This document shows positions 1-12,019 of a stretch of DNA of 64,000 nucleotides, piece after piece. The stretch covers positions 38,502,001 through 38,566,000 of the forward strand of contig NC_042998.1 in NCBI RefSeq assembly GCF_006345805.1, in the 5' to 3' direction. The translations under genes and the position numbers were made by a program. The first letter of the stretch is position 1. Each line of letters begins with the position of its first letter. A model generated the notes under the pieces. That model saw only the letters and a program-made list of their open reading frames with translations. It did no database searches and had not been told where the DNA came from. The stretch is from Octopus sinensis (lineage: Eukaryota).

Positions 1-1506
1 TAAGAAGAAAAACGACATTTATGAATTTGTTTCGGCGTACGGCTGATGGCTAATTTTATTATTTGATTGGTCTTAATTTTATTCTCCTTTAATTGGCATT
101 TCCCCTTCATTTTGGGTGATCCAAGATGTCTTCAAGTATCCCATTGGCGACACCCGTGTCTTTGGCTAACCTATCCAAACTCTGGATTTTTGGTCATCTG
201 TGCAGGCAAACTGGCTAAGATTGACATCGGTATCCATCCTTCCATATTCGATTCAAGCGAACAACGAGACACCAACGATGTTCGAATCGATGTGACACAA
301 CTAAATGGAGATTCTGTCGTCGATAACTCGGATCATGTCTCTATGAAACAGTTTTGCTGCTTTGTTCCCAGCCAGCATTTGATTTCGTATTATGTTACGG
401 GTCCTGAAATGCTCACAAACTATTTGTAATTCTATTTCTCTTTGTAAAAACTAAAAAAAATTTTAAAAACTGGCCACCAGGAAGTTTAAAAAAAAATTCA
501 ACTAGGAGTGAAATTACAATTAAAAATTTATTGTGCACAGGTGGTGCCCCAGCATAGCCGTAGTCAAATGACCGAAACAAGTAGAATTAATATTCAGCAT
601 GTCATCTTTTCACTTATGATACTAATATTATCACCGGATAAGGCGGCGAGCTGGCAGAAACGTTTATTTTAAAAAGTTGCTTCTGTAATATAAGGTAAAA
701 ATAAACTTGGATGGATACTCACCCAGCTAGAAATAGAATCAAACTCTCATTCAAATCATATTATCACTTTAAATAGTGAAGGACACTAGTCCTAGTACAC
801 CAGTTCTGAAAAAAGAGAAGATATGTTCACCGGAACGCTTTTGTGTCTGTCCGATCATCGATGGCTTCGTACATTGTTTAAAAGTAAAAATCAATAGCAT
901 TTACAGTTTCTTCTCTTCAAAGTACCCTTTCTTCTTCTTCGAAATCCTCCAACATTTCGTATGGACATCTATTATAGAAGCGCATATAAAACAAGGACGA
1001 TTGAACGCAAAATATGTACAGTGACCTTTGTCTTTATACTCGTTTAGATTTAATATATGCAGCTGTATTCTCTAAACAATCTTATCTTTCACCGAAAGGC
1101 GTTGGAGGATTTTACTTTTGTCAAAATAATCTATGAATTGCTTTACATCGATAATCAATAAAATTGAAATCAATAAAATTCAATTTAATCGCTGTAATCA
1201 ATATAGGTTCTGAAAATGACTAGCATAGTGGACCATATGATGAAGAGCTGTAATTGACCTTTCGCCCATCCTTTTTCCATAGAAAAAGTAAAAGTAATAT
1301 TTAAGGATTGACTGTGCTCACTCACGTACAAATTCTGTCTGGTCTCGTGGTTCGCAAAGGTTTCCAAGTTTCATTCCCAAACACATCGCCAGTAGACGTT
1401 CCCTGTCTCTAAAGTAATTCTTTGAATTAGAATACCAGGCGGAAGATAACTGAAGATTCAGTTTATGAGATATTAATATATGTAGCTGACATGAAATCGG
1501 AAGAAT

Positions 1507-1876
1507 AGGTGTGGTTGTGTGGTAAAAAAGCTTGCTTCCTAACAACATGGTCCCTGATTCAGTCCCACTGTGTGGAACGTTGGGCAAGCGCTGTCTGCTA
1601 TGGCCTCGAGCCGACCAAAGCCTTGACAGTGGGATTTTGGTAGACAGAAACTGAAAGAAGCGCGTGTGATTTGTATTTGTGTTTGTCCCCATCACTTGAC
1701 AACCAGTGTTGGTGTGTTTACGTCGCCGCAACTTAACCTTTCGTCGAAAGTGAGTGATAGCATAAGTACCGGATTTTAAGATATAAGTTCTGGGGTCGAT
1801 TCGTTCGACTAAAAACTCTTGAAATTGTTGCCTCAGCATGGCCGCAGTCTAATGACTGAAACAAATAAAAGGTAAG
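1507..1876 (+). mobile_element. tRNA-derived SINE family A
   Basis: Pol III box-like head (gtgtggtaa...gattcagtccc), central (TG)n, tail cagcatggccgcagtc...tgactgaaacaaataaaag. Confidence 0.85.
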
Positions 1877-2514
1877 GGCTGTATATAAATACATACCTGC
1901 ATTTATTTACAGGAATATAACTAAAATGACGCAAAATAAATTAATCCTAAAAGAATTCAACTGGATAACGTAATCTATTCAACCAGTATCTCATTAAAAA
2001 TTGTAAATCATATGTTGGTTGTTTCGTGAATTTTAGATGAGACAGCTGCACATGGCGGAAAGAGCTTTCCAGTACTGAACTAAACAAATTGCCCAGAAGT
2101 CTTTGAACCAATTATTCCAGTAATTTGTAGTCTTTTTTGACATTTACAATTTCAGCGATGACTCTAAGACAGCACTGGGAGGCAGTAAGGGAAATCTCTG
2201 CCTTATTGAACAATGCAGTTAACAGATTCCCTTCTGGAACCAAATGTGTTTAAGACTTCGTGAAATTTTATTCCGTCTTTAATGTTTTTTGACAGTAACA
2301 ACCATTTGCACTGATCTTCCGGTTTCATTGGTAGCAATATCAAGAGTACATGCATATATTGTTGTATTTCGGGACGGTCATTATATTCGGGATGGCCATG
2401 TGTTTATTTGGCAAAAAAGAAAAGAAAATGACCATCCCGATAATACAACAATATCTGTTTCAACACGATTTCACATCAGGAATCTTGCAACACAAATTGA
2501 TAAACGTAACACAC

Positions 2515-2550
<36 letters not shown>

Positions 2551-3230
2551 TCAAGTACATATAAATATGTGTGTGTATGTAAAGTCATGCAAGTATATAT
2601 ATATGCATGTATATATACATGTGTATATTTATTTATCCGTGTGTTTGTGTGTGTGTGTTTGTGTCTACACTGCATCCAGTAGCAGGGTTCTAGTTCTGGA
2701 GTTCCAGGATTTTGAGGAGTTTGAAACCACCACCTGGCCCCCTATTGTTCCCAATTCAACGCTGACCTGGAGTTGCTGGAGCTGTCAGGGTCTCAGATTG
2801 TGTTTTAACTAACATATCTGAAAACAATCCATCAGAGCGTGGGGACGCAGAAATACCTTCGGTTGGTGTCAGTGCGCGCAGTAAAACCGCTGGGAGTAAG
2901 AGACCCTTTGCTGTTATGACACCATCATTCTAGGTAAGGGACACTCTAATTTAAAACCTGCGGTTTCGCATGAGTGCTGCTCCTCTTGCTTCGGCATGTC
3001 CTTCGGTACTAATAACAATGATGCAGAGATTAGGCCTTGTGTTGTACAAGCGTTTTGTCACTGTAATGCACTGGCGTGAAGGTGTCTCTTGATGTCCACT
3101 TCATTTGCCATCCCACCAACCGAAAGTTTGAAGACAATAGAAGAATGGTGATGTGTGTAGACTTAAACTGTTATAAACGCACAATATTTTATAGATTTCT
3201 TCTGTCACCTCTAATTCATACCATGCATAT

Positions 3231-3278
<48 letters not shown>

Positions 3279-3321
3279 TAAATAAATGGAGTTGAACGCA
3301 GATGCTATTAAAATTCTTTTA

Positions 3322-3404
3322 CTTTCGACATATGTTTCGAAGACAACTTTGGTTTTATTCCAAAGGAATAAACGGTGTAAAATGAAATCTTCTCATCAGG
3401 AAAG
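3322..3404 (-). ncRNA. Minimal type I hammerhead ribozyme (Penelope-type), intact core
   Basis: Minus strand: CUUUC-CUGAUGA-GAAGA...(44 nt)...UCUUC-GAAA-C-AUAU-G-UC-GAAAG. 5-bp stem I, 5-bp stem II, 1-bp stem III with palindromic tetraloop, GUC cleavage triplet. Confidence 0.8.
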
Positions 3405-4046
3405 ATGCTACACAAATTACTGCACATTAATCCGGAGTTTCTACCTTTGAATAGGTCGCTACATCCTTGTTACTTGCGTGAATTTTGCTACCCTGGTAAC
3501 TGTTTATTGAATTTTCTATGTTAACGGTACAGAAAGGATAATTCATTCATCCATTTATAATATATACGAAACAAGCTAAAAATAAAGGTCATTACATATT
3601 CCTTTATTGAAGCAAATTTAGCTTACAACTGTTTCCAGTAGTCATTATTGGTACATTACTGATAGGTTTACACTCAACTGGTCTATTGATCAGTTGAGGC
3701 AATTTGAACGACCTAAGGGAATTAATTAATGCTACATTCATCAGGGCCATTTCTGGATATAACAAGCAGAGCAGTGGAGAGGAAAGGCTGTTGTGTGATG
3801 ACGGTAAGAGAAGTTGAGAATGTTCGAGTAGAATAGAGAACAGGGGAAGACAAGTTACACAGGGGTGGTGGAAGCAGGTAAGGGAATGGTAGAGGAGTCA
3901 CTTACTAGAAGTAGGGGCATTGTATTGCTAAATTTGGAAGAGGGACAGTCTGAAACATTAATGCTTGTAGTCAGGTCAGCACCCATTAATATTTAAAGAC
4001 TGTTCTCTCTCTCTCTCTTTTTATATGTATATATGTGTATGTATAT

Positions 4047-4091
<45 letters not shown>

Positions 4092-4109
4092 AAACACATA
4101 TACACATAC

Positions 4110-4790
4110 AGTTTATCCAGATTCTCCTTTAAGCATTTACTAACAAAACCTAGTGCACCAATTATTGTTGGTATGAATATAAATTCATAATCTGGATATA
4201 GAAGCTGGTGGTTTCGAAGCAATTGCCTATAGATATCCACTTTTTCTTTGATTTTCAAAGAGATATTTATATCTGCAGGGCAATTAACCTCCATGGTGGT
4301 ACATACCTTTGCTCCTCTGTCCCAAACTATAATATCCGGCCTGTTATGCTTACATTTGACAGACGTCTTGACGGGAATATTCCACCAGTATTCCTTCACT
4401 TGGTGTTTATGGATGTATTCCATAATAGAGGGATTTTCTAAGTTTATTTCAGAACACGTTTTTGCAGATGGCATTGTAAATTGTTTTAGCAACAACATCG
4501 TGTCGCATAGGGCGGTGGTATCGTAACGACATTTTAGGACAGTTGCTAATCACATGCGTTAATGTCTTCCATAGAAACATGACATAGCCTATACACGCGG
4601 TTGCACCTTGGGATTACAAGAGTGTCACTGTCTCTCTTGCTCACCAGGTACTTTGTGGCAACCTCCTGTTCCTGGATTACAAACGCATAACCTTCAAAGT
4701 GTGATTTGATGTAGTGGTCTTGTGTCCAAGAGAGGCCGTGCTTCGTGTCAATTCTTGAGTGATACCATACGGGTATTATTATTCCTCATA
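4110..4790 (-). mobile_element. R4/Dong-like non-LTR retrotransposon fragment (Zn knuckle and RLE endonuclease)
   Basis: SHFEGYAFVIQEQE, ISNCPKMS...RHDVVAKTIY, EYWWNIPVKTSVKCKHNRPDIIVWD...EKVDIY...IIGALG (PD-(D/E)xK type). Confidence 0.88.
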
Positions 4791-5017
4791 TACCTTTTCA
4801 TTCGTACATAACTACAATAATCTTAAGATATATTATTTCTCTTTTGATAATTTTTCTTTCCTCTGTTTATACTTTATCTAATAAGAAAAATATAATACAC
4901 CTAATAATAATTTATTCCTTTGTATGCATATACATGTAAATGTATAGATATGTATTTATGTATATGTATGTATATGTAAAAGTGTGTGTATATATATGTA
5001 TGGATTTATATTTATAG

Positions 5018-5265
5018 TGAAGGCACGTTGCTTAGTAGTTAGGGTGTCAACATCATGATCATAACTTTGTGGTTTCGATTCCTGGACCGGGCGACGCGTT
5101 GTGTTCTTGAGCAAAACACTTCATTTCACGTTGCTCCAGTCCACTCAGCTGGCAAAAATTAGTAACGCTGCGATGGACTGGCGACCACCCGTCCTGCTGG
5201 TGAACTCATACGCCATAGAAACCGGGTCCACGAGCCTGGCTAGGCTTTAAAAGGGCGCATTTATT
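5018..5265 (+). mobile_element. tRNA-derived SINE family C
   Basis: ggcacgttgcttagtagtt...ggtttcgattcc head; gtgttcttgagcaaaacact; ctgcgatggactggc; tail gagcctggctaggctttaaaagggcgcat. Confidence 0.75.
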
Positions 5266-7086
5266 TATTATTTTAAAAATATTTATAACTTAACCTTGTG
5301 AACCTTCTAAACTCTCTGACGAAACCCAGAGGCACACCCAAGTACCTTAATCTTATCTAGCAAATCAGTTCACTGAAGGGATAAAAGTAAAGTGGGGTAC
5401 TATGACCTCTTGACTGAAACAGCTGTCAGATACTACCCTACCTTCTATGCCCTACGTTATATATTTCAATAATTACTGGTAATTTTATGTTTTATATATT
5501 ATATATGTAAAGCATAATATGTTATACATGTATGTATCTTGTTATAATTGTTTATTTTTTTTAATAAATAGACATTATATAATGTCTAAAAGTTGATGAA
5601 TAGCACCTCTTGATCCCCTTCATTTTCTTAATGCTGTATACACACACACACACACGCACATATGCGGTGGGTTTCTTTAAGTTTCCGTCTACCATATCCA
5701 CCCAGACGACTTTGATCGGTAGAAGGTTATAAGAGAAGACATTTGCTCTAAGTACCGGTGTAAGACTAAACATGGAACAATGATGTTGAGAAGCCAACCT
5801 CTTGTCACACAGCCACTCCTGTTCGTCTAAGCGAATTATTATTTTACTAATACTTCATTAGAAATTTTGAAATTTACAAATGTATACATGACTGGATTGA
5901 TTACAGATTATCGAACCATTTACGACTTATCAGAGCATGATAAGATTTTATGTAGATGGCACAAACCTGAGATATGTAGTAATTAGAAGAAGTGCTTCAC
6001 AGATCTATTTTTGTTCAATATTTCTGGTGATACTCCAAACCCATTCATCTTTCAAAGTTTGATGATTTCTGCGTCTTTTCTCCAAGATTTACGTATAAGA
6101 GAGAAAACATTAGATAAAAACCGCCCAAGAGGTTACACTATGTGAAGTAATAAGATCAAGGCCAGCTTAAACATAATCCTTAAATGGATAGTCTAATAAA
6201 AGTAAACTGGAGAAGAAAATTGGAGACTAGGCACATAATGTCGAAAATTGCAGTTTATAAAACATTGATAAGTTAAAATATGGAAAAATTATGAGAAATC
6301 TCCTCGGTACCATCTTCGATCTAATGTGCTTTGTGCTTCATATGACTGTAAGCAATCGAAATAAAAGAAAACGACTTAAAATGTGTAACAAATAAGAGAG
6401 AAAAATATTGATTTATAACATGCAAATACTGAATACCTAATATAGTAGAGAAGAATTCGAGATAAACTATACTACTTCATGGACAAGAACATAAGTCTGT
6501 TCGTGGACACAACGAAGATTAAAACGTGCGAATTCTAAATTTGTTTGCACAAAAGTGATTTGAAGAGAAGCAAGCACAAGCCTTTGGTGATAACCAAGAT
6601 AAAGTATATAACAGGAGTTCTGTTAGGCAACGGCAAATTCTAGTACTTTTCAATAACTATTATCTACTGTGTTTACATAAACGGTAAACATTAAAAAGTA
6701 GTAGTAGTAGTAGTAAGAAAATAACGTGACCTCATTATCAGTTCTGTGCGCAATATTACTGACGTTACAAATAGAATTTTTTCGGCTTCAGTTATATGAA
6801 TAAAGTGAAGTCCAGCAAACAATCAGGAATTCTAAACACAAGCCAGTGAATGGAAGACTCATATGAAAGTATGGTTGTCGCTGTTGAACAGATGATGGAG
6901 AATGTTCCCAACATATAACCAAGTAAGTTGACTGAAGACATGCTGTCATGGGTGTTCATCGCTGTTGCCCTCAGTACAGTTTTAAAGATTTTGCTGCAGT
7001 TTTAAATTCAGACTTAAGGCGATGGGTGGGGGACGAACAGTCACAGTCACAAAGAGGCACACACACATACATATGAACATATGTAT

Positions 7087-7251
7087 GGCGCAGGAGTGGC
7101 TCTGTGGTAAGTAGCTTGCTAACCAACCACATGGTTGCGGGTTCAGTCCCACTGCGTGGCATCTTGGGCAAGTGTCTTCTGCTATAGCCCCGGGCCGACC
7201 AATGCCTTGTGAGTGGATTTGGTAGACGGAAACTGAAAGAAGCCTGTCGTA

Positions 7252-7294
<43 letters not shown>

Positions 7295-7520
7295 ATGTGT
7301 ATTTGTTTGTGTGTGTGTGTTTGTCCCCCTAGCATTGCTTGACAACCGATGCTGGTGTGTTTACGTCCCCGTCACTTAGCGGTTCGGCAAAAGAGACCGA
7401 TAGAATAAGTACTGGGCTTACAAAGAATAAGTCCCGGGGTCGATTTGCTCTACTAAAGGTGGCGCTCCAGCATAGCCGCAGTCAAATAACTGAAACAAAT
7501 AAAAGAGTAAAGAGAGAGTA
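7087..7520 (+). mobile_element. SINE family A, full length
   Basis: ggcgcaggagtggctctgtggtaag...ggttcagtccc head; tail ending aaaagagtaaagagagag. Confidence 0.9.
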
Positions 7521-7680
7521 TATACGACGGGCTCTTTTCAATTTCCGTCTATCAAATTCACATACAAGGCTTTGGTCGGCCCGAGGCTATAGTAGAAGAC
7601 ACTTGCCCAAGGTGTCACGCGATGGGACTGAATCCGGAACCTTACACTTGAGATGCAAGCTTCTTATCACACAGCCACGC
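7521..7680 (-). mobile_element. SINE family A, 5' half, inverted and directly adjacent to the previous copy
   Basis: Reverse complement of the family A head. Confidence 0.8.
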
Positions 7681-8864
7681 TTGGACGTCACTTTAAGTGT
7701 GTACAGGAAGCATTATATTAAACAGATCTAGCTACGATACTCAGGAGTAGCCTTGTTTCGAATAACGAGAAAACTCAGGTGAACACACAGGTGCAATAAT
7801 CAAGTAAATCTCAGGAATAAGAACAAGAACCTCTGTCACCTGAATGGTACTTCAATCCTATTTAATGATCGTAACGTCTGGAAGGATGAAGAAAAATTAT
7901 CAGAGTTTCTGAAATGGAAATATTAATGTGGAATATGAAATTTAAAGCAGAAATGATACCGATATTAATAACAGAACATTAAATTACGCACACGGCATGT
8001 ACCGTACAATCGCTTCTTAACAAACAACACGGACAAATTCTTTCGATAGTAGTCAGTATAAAACAAGTAACGCAAGACATTCGAAAAATAATTGCCATTC
8101 AATGGCGTATTTCAAAGTCATATAAGATAAAACAACAAAGCAACAGAAACAACAAAATAAACCTCATGTGAAAGCAAACGTAGTCGACAAGCAGAGTCCT
8201 GTGCTCTGAATAGATAATACTACAAAGCCTGACGAAAAGAAGGTGCATCATTTGAGGGTGAATAAGTCTGTTGGAGAATGGTGAAAAGATAAAAAAACTT
8301 CAGAACAGAAATTCCACAATATTTTCAGTAAAAATGTAGTCGATTGAATTGACTTCAGTATTTTATTTATTTAAGATGTATTTTATCGAACTTAACATTT
8401 TTGAACTGAAAGCGCAAATTTGATATTTAATGTTTAACAAGTTAGAACCTTGATGATGATGATGATGATGATGGCGATGACGACAGAAAGAATATTGTCG
8501 GCATAAGATATTAAGTTGCAACTTTCAGAAAATTTAGAAAATTTGTTTTGAAACAATTTAAGAACATTTTAAAATAAGGTTTTATTGCTTTGTTAGATTA
8601 AAAGTCAAATCATAGATTGTTAAAATGATAGCTTATTACGCATTTATGGTATGAGGAACAGTTTAATTTGATAAACGTCAATATAAAAAAAAATTGTCAC
8701 GGTAGCTTTTTTAGAGGAAGAGGGAAAATAAAAAAAGATGATTTAAAAATGAAAATATTCATACCAAGAAAGATAATTATTGAAATACTTTAAATGTATT
8801 ATGTTAAGATTTTTCTGTGCATATATAAGATTGAATTTTAATAATTTTAATAGTTAGTTGAAAT

Positions 8865-9240
8865 TAGTATTTATACACGCCGTCAGGCATCTACCATATT
8901 CTGAACGTCTTGCTTCCCTGGGCACGGGGACATTGAAGCTCAGACGTCTAGCAACTGGTTCAATAGATATCCACAAGATTATCCACCATCTTTCCAACAA
9001 CAACCTTGGGTACATTCTTGAATTTCATGGGTCTAACGCTCCTGGACATGCTCATAAGATCAAAAAACAGCACAGCATCCATGACTTTCGGAAACATTTT
9101 TTCACGCTCAGAATTGTTGAAGCATGGAATAAACTAGCCGCATCAGTCGAAAGCTGTCGAGACACTACATCCTTCACAATTTCTATGCCTCCTGAAATCC
9201 GCCAACTCTAACACCTGATTGTTTTTGTTATAGTGCACCT
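8865..9240 (+). mobile_element. CR1-like LINE C-terminal fragment
   Basis: LPYSERLASL...LKLRRL...RKHFFTLRIVEAWNKL, the typical CR1-group ORF2 C-terminus. Confidence 0.8.
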
Positions 9241-9249
9241 TTACAGAGT

Positions 9250-9930
9250 AAACATGGCTGCTCTACTGACAGTGTGTACCAACGAAGAACAGTGATTCAG
9301 TTTCTCTAGTCAGGTTTGTCAGGGGCTGAAATTTGTCACAGGCTTTGAGTACAATACAGACCCAGCTGTTTTACAGCGTAGAAGAGTGTCTGAGTAGATT
9401 GGGACCTTTAAAAAGGCCGGAGAAGCAAGAAAACGAAGCAGGACGCCCATCAGCGTCCACCACTGACTTGAAGATTCACTAAACTCGAGCGATGGATCTG
9501 GCGAACCGATCAGTGAACATTGATGACGTGGCATGTTCTCTGCGAATTAGACACGGTTCAAGACAAGCTTCTCTTCTGTAAAGGGAAATACTGGCCAACA
9601 AACTGAAACCAACAATTGGCACCTAACACCGAGAACTTTTGTCAAATTTGCAGCAACACTCTACATATACTCCAGATCTCGCTCCTTTTTGTACACTCAC
9701 CTCTTTGGAACACTCAAACATCCTTTACAAGGTAATCAATCTGTTACGGACAAAGAAGCGCAGGAAGTGACCAGCCGAAAATATTTTTCTCCGGTGGAAT
9801 GAAAAAGCTTGTGGAAGAAGTGCATCTTAAAGCAAGGAGACTATGGTCGAACGTGATGGAATTGTTCAACGCCTACTTTTGTTTTAGCAAATTACAGAAA
9901 CATGAGTGCGTATAAATTTTGACTTAGTGT
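9250..9930 (+). mobile_element. Internally deleted copy of the same mariner family
   Basis: 9600-9870 closely matches the reverse complement of 42000-42385; 9330-9580 matches 42750-42980. Confidence 0.78.
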
Positions 9931-9949
9931 GTTTTATATATATATATAT

Positions 9950-10179
9950 AACGGGACAGCTTGCTCGAGAAATTGACGTACAGGTGGCTGTGCACTCCAC
10001 AGCCACATGTACCCTTAACGTAGTTCTCGGGGAGATTCAGCGTGACACAGTATGTGACAAGGCTGGCCCTTTGAAATAAAGTGTCTTGCTCAAGGACACA
10101 CTGCGGTGCCGGGAGTTGAACTCACGACTGTGAGGTCGTGAACCGAATACCCCAACCACTAAGCCACGCACCTTCATGA

Positions 10180-10180
<1 letters not shown>
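9950..10180 (-). mobile_element. tRNA-derived SINE family D (related body at 26860-27000, plus strand)
   Basis: ggtgcgtggcttagtggtt...gagttcaactcc head; gttaagggtacatgtg..gagtgc.cagcca body shared with 26875-26940. Confidence 0.7.
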
Positions 10181-10276
<96 letters not shown>

Positions 10277-10879
10277 CTATATATATATATATATATACAC
10301 ACACACATGCAAGCAAACAGAAAAAAACGCAAATTATATAATTCGTTCTAACTTCGCTGTAAGTTTCTCCTGACGGCTTATTCAATTAATGCCTAATAAA
10401 ATTAGCTATCAGACGAAAATTAAAGTCCCAGTCAAAATGAAATTTGCAATAAATTTCACTCTCCTTTTAGAATGAAACAACAACACCAAAGACAAGATAA
10501 AAGCTTTGGATTGGATTAACACTCAAAGAAGCAGAGAAGTCTTTAAAGTTTCAGATTCAAGTTCGTCATCATCGAAGGAAACACAAATTAACATTTGAAT
10601 ATGTTTAGAGTGAGTGTATGCACATGTGTTGGCCGTTTTGTTTCTTTTGTAGCAAGATTGTGTGTGTCCGCTTCCAGTGTTTGTAGAATGTGTATATCGA
10701 GTTAAAAGTATTTGTGTATTGGTTTTGCGTATATACATGTTTGTGTATGCTTGCAATAAATGTCTGTGCGGGAATATTTTGATAACAGGATGTGTGAATG
10801 TAGGTGGATTGTTTGGGGGCTCGAGGTTGCTGTAATATGTTGTTACGGTTGTATGCATGTGATTTGAGTGTTAGATTGA

Positions 10880-11290
10880 TTTTGAACTTTGACACAAGGC
10901 CAGAATGTCCTGGAGAGTGCTCAACTGCTACTTATTTGATCGATTCCGAAAGGATGAAACGCAAAGGAGGCTTCGGCGGAATTCGAACTCTGAACGTAAA
11001 GACGGACAATACACCGCTAATCATTTTGTCCAGCGTAATAACCGTTTTGCTGGCTCACCGCCTTACTATTCTTTTCTACATTAGGCACAGGGCCCGACAT
11101 TTTTGAGGAGGGGGCCAGTCGATTAGATCGACCTCAGTACGCAAATGGTACTTAATTTATCGACCTAGAAAGGATGAAAGATAAAGTCGACCTCGGCGGA
11201 ATTTGAACTCAGAACATAAAGACAGACAAAATACCGCTAAGCATTTCGCTCCGCGTGCCAACTTTTCTACCAGCTCGTCGCCTTTCACCG
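10880..11290 (-). mobile_element. Two tandem SINE family B copies
   Basis: Each has gaaaggatgaaa..aaagtcgacctcggcggaatttgaactc (B-box gagttcaaat on the minus strand). Confidence 0.85.
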
Positions 11291-12019
11291 CTTTTTACGC
11301 GCTATATCAAGTTTGTAAATGCTTGTTGTGGATGAATGTTTTGTGGGTGCATGTGATCTACAATGGAGATGCGCGCACATATATACTTTAGGTTGCTTTT
11401 TAAGTTTACCTTTCAATTTCTAAAACCGTGTAAGATGTAGGCTTAGATTTTTACAGTGTGATCAGCAACGAGACGAAGGCTGTTGCTTTTTACAAGAAAC
11501 CAGCACGTTGTGTGATCTACATTTTTAAAGGGAGATTACTTTAGGTCACTCTTTAGTTTACTTTATGTTAGAAATTAAAAAGTAACCTAAAATAACTTCC
11601 CTTGTAGATCACAGGCCAAAGCAGTACCGTTTTGTGTATATGTTTGCGTGTGAATTGACTGAACCCGGAACCATATAGTTGCGAGGCAAACTTCTTATCA
11701 CACAGCCATGACACCGGTTATGTTATATAATTTTAATTATAATCATACCAAAATTGTTATATTGTAGATATACGTACCTGCAGTTGATTTTTTTCTCTCT
11801 CTCTTTTGGCTTCTTTTAATCTACTTAATTACTTTTCAATTTTTCTCTTGTTTCGATACTTCCAATTTTAGAATAATGAATAGTATTCCCTGCAGTCATT
11901 TGTATCATACTTTTTGCGTTACTTAATTCATATCTCATAGCATATGCTTCCAAAGTTATATGTATTAACTATTTAAGAAGTTTGCATTATCAGAAAACAA
12001 TTTGTCACTGTCGTGACCT

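Noticed and set aside
3619-3750. Second hammerhead on the minus strand (CUGAUGA at 3744-3738, GAAAC-AGUU-GUA at 3635-3624)
   Set aside because: Base of stem II and first pair of stem I are mismatched and the loop is non-palindromic; at best a relic.
7470-7505. SINE tail AGTC-aaat-(G/A)ACT-GAAAC resembling half a hammerhead
   Set aside because: No CUGANGA; better explained as a LINE-type 3' recognition stem-loop.
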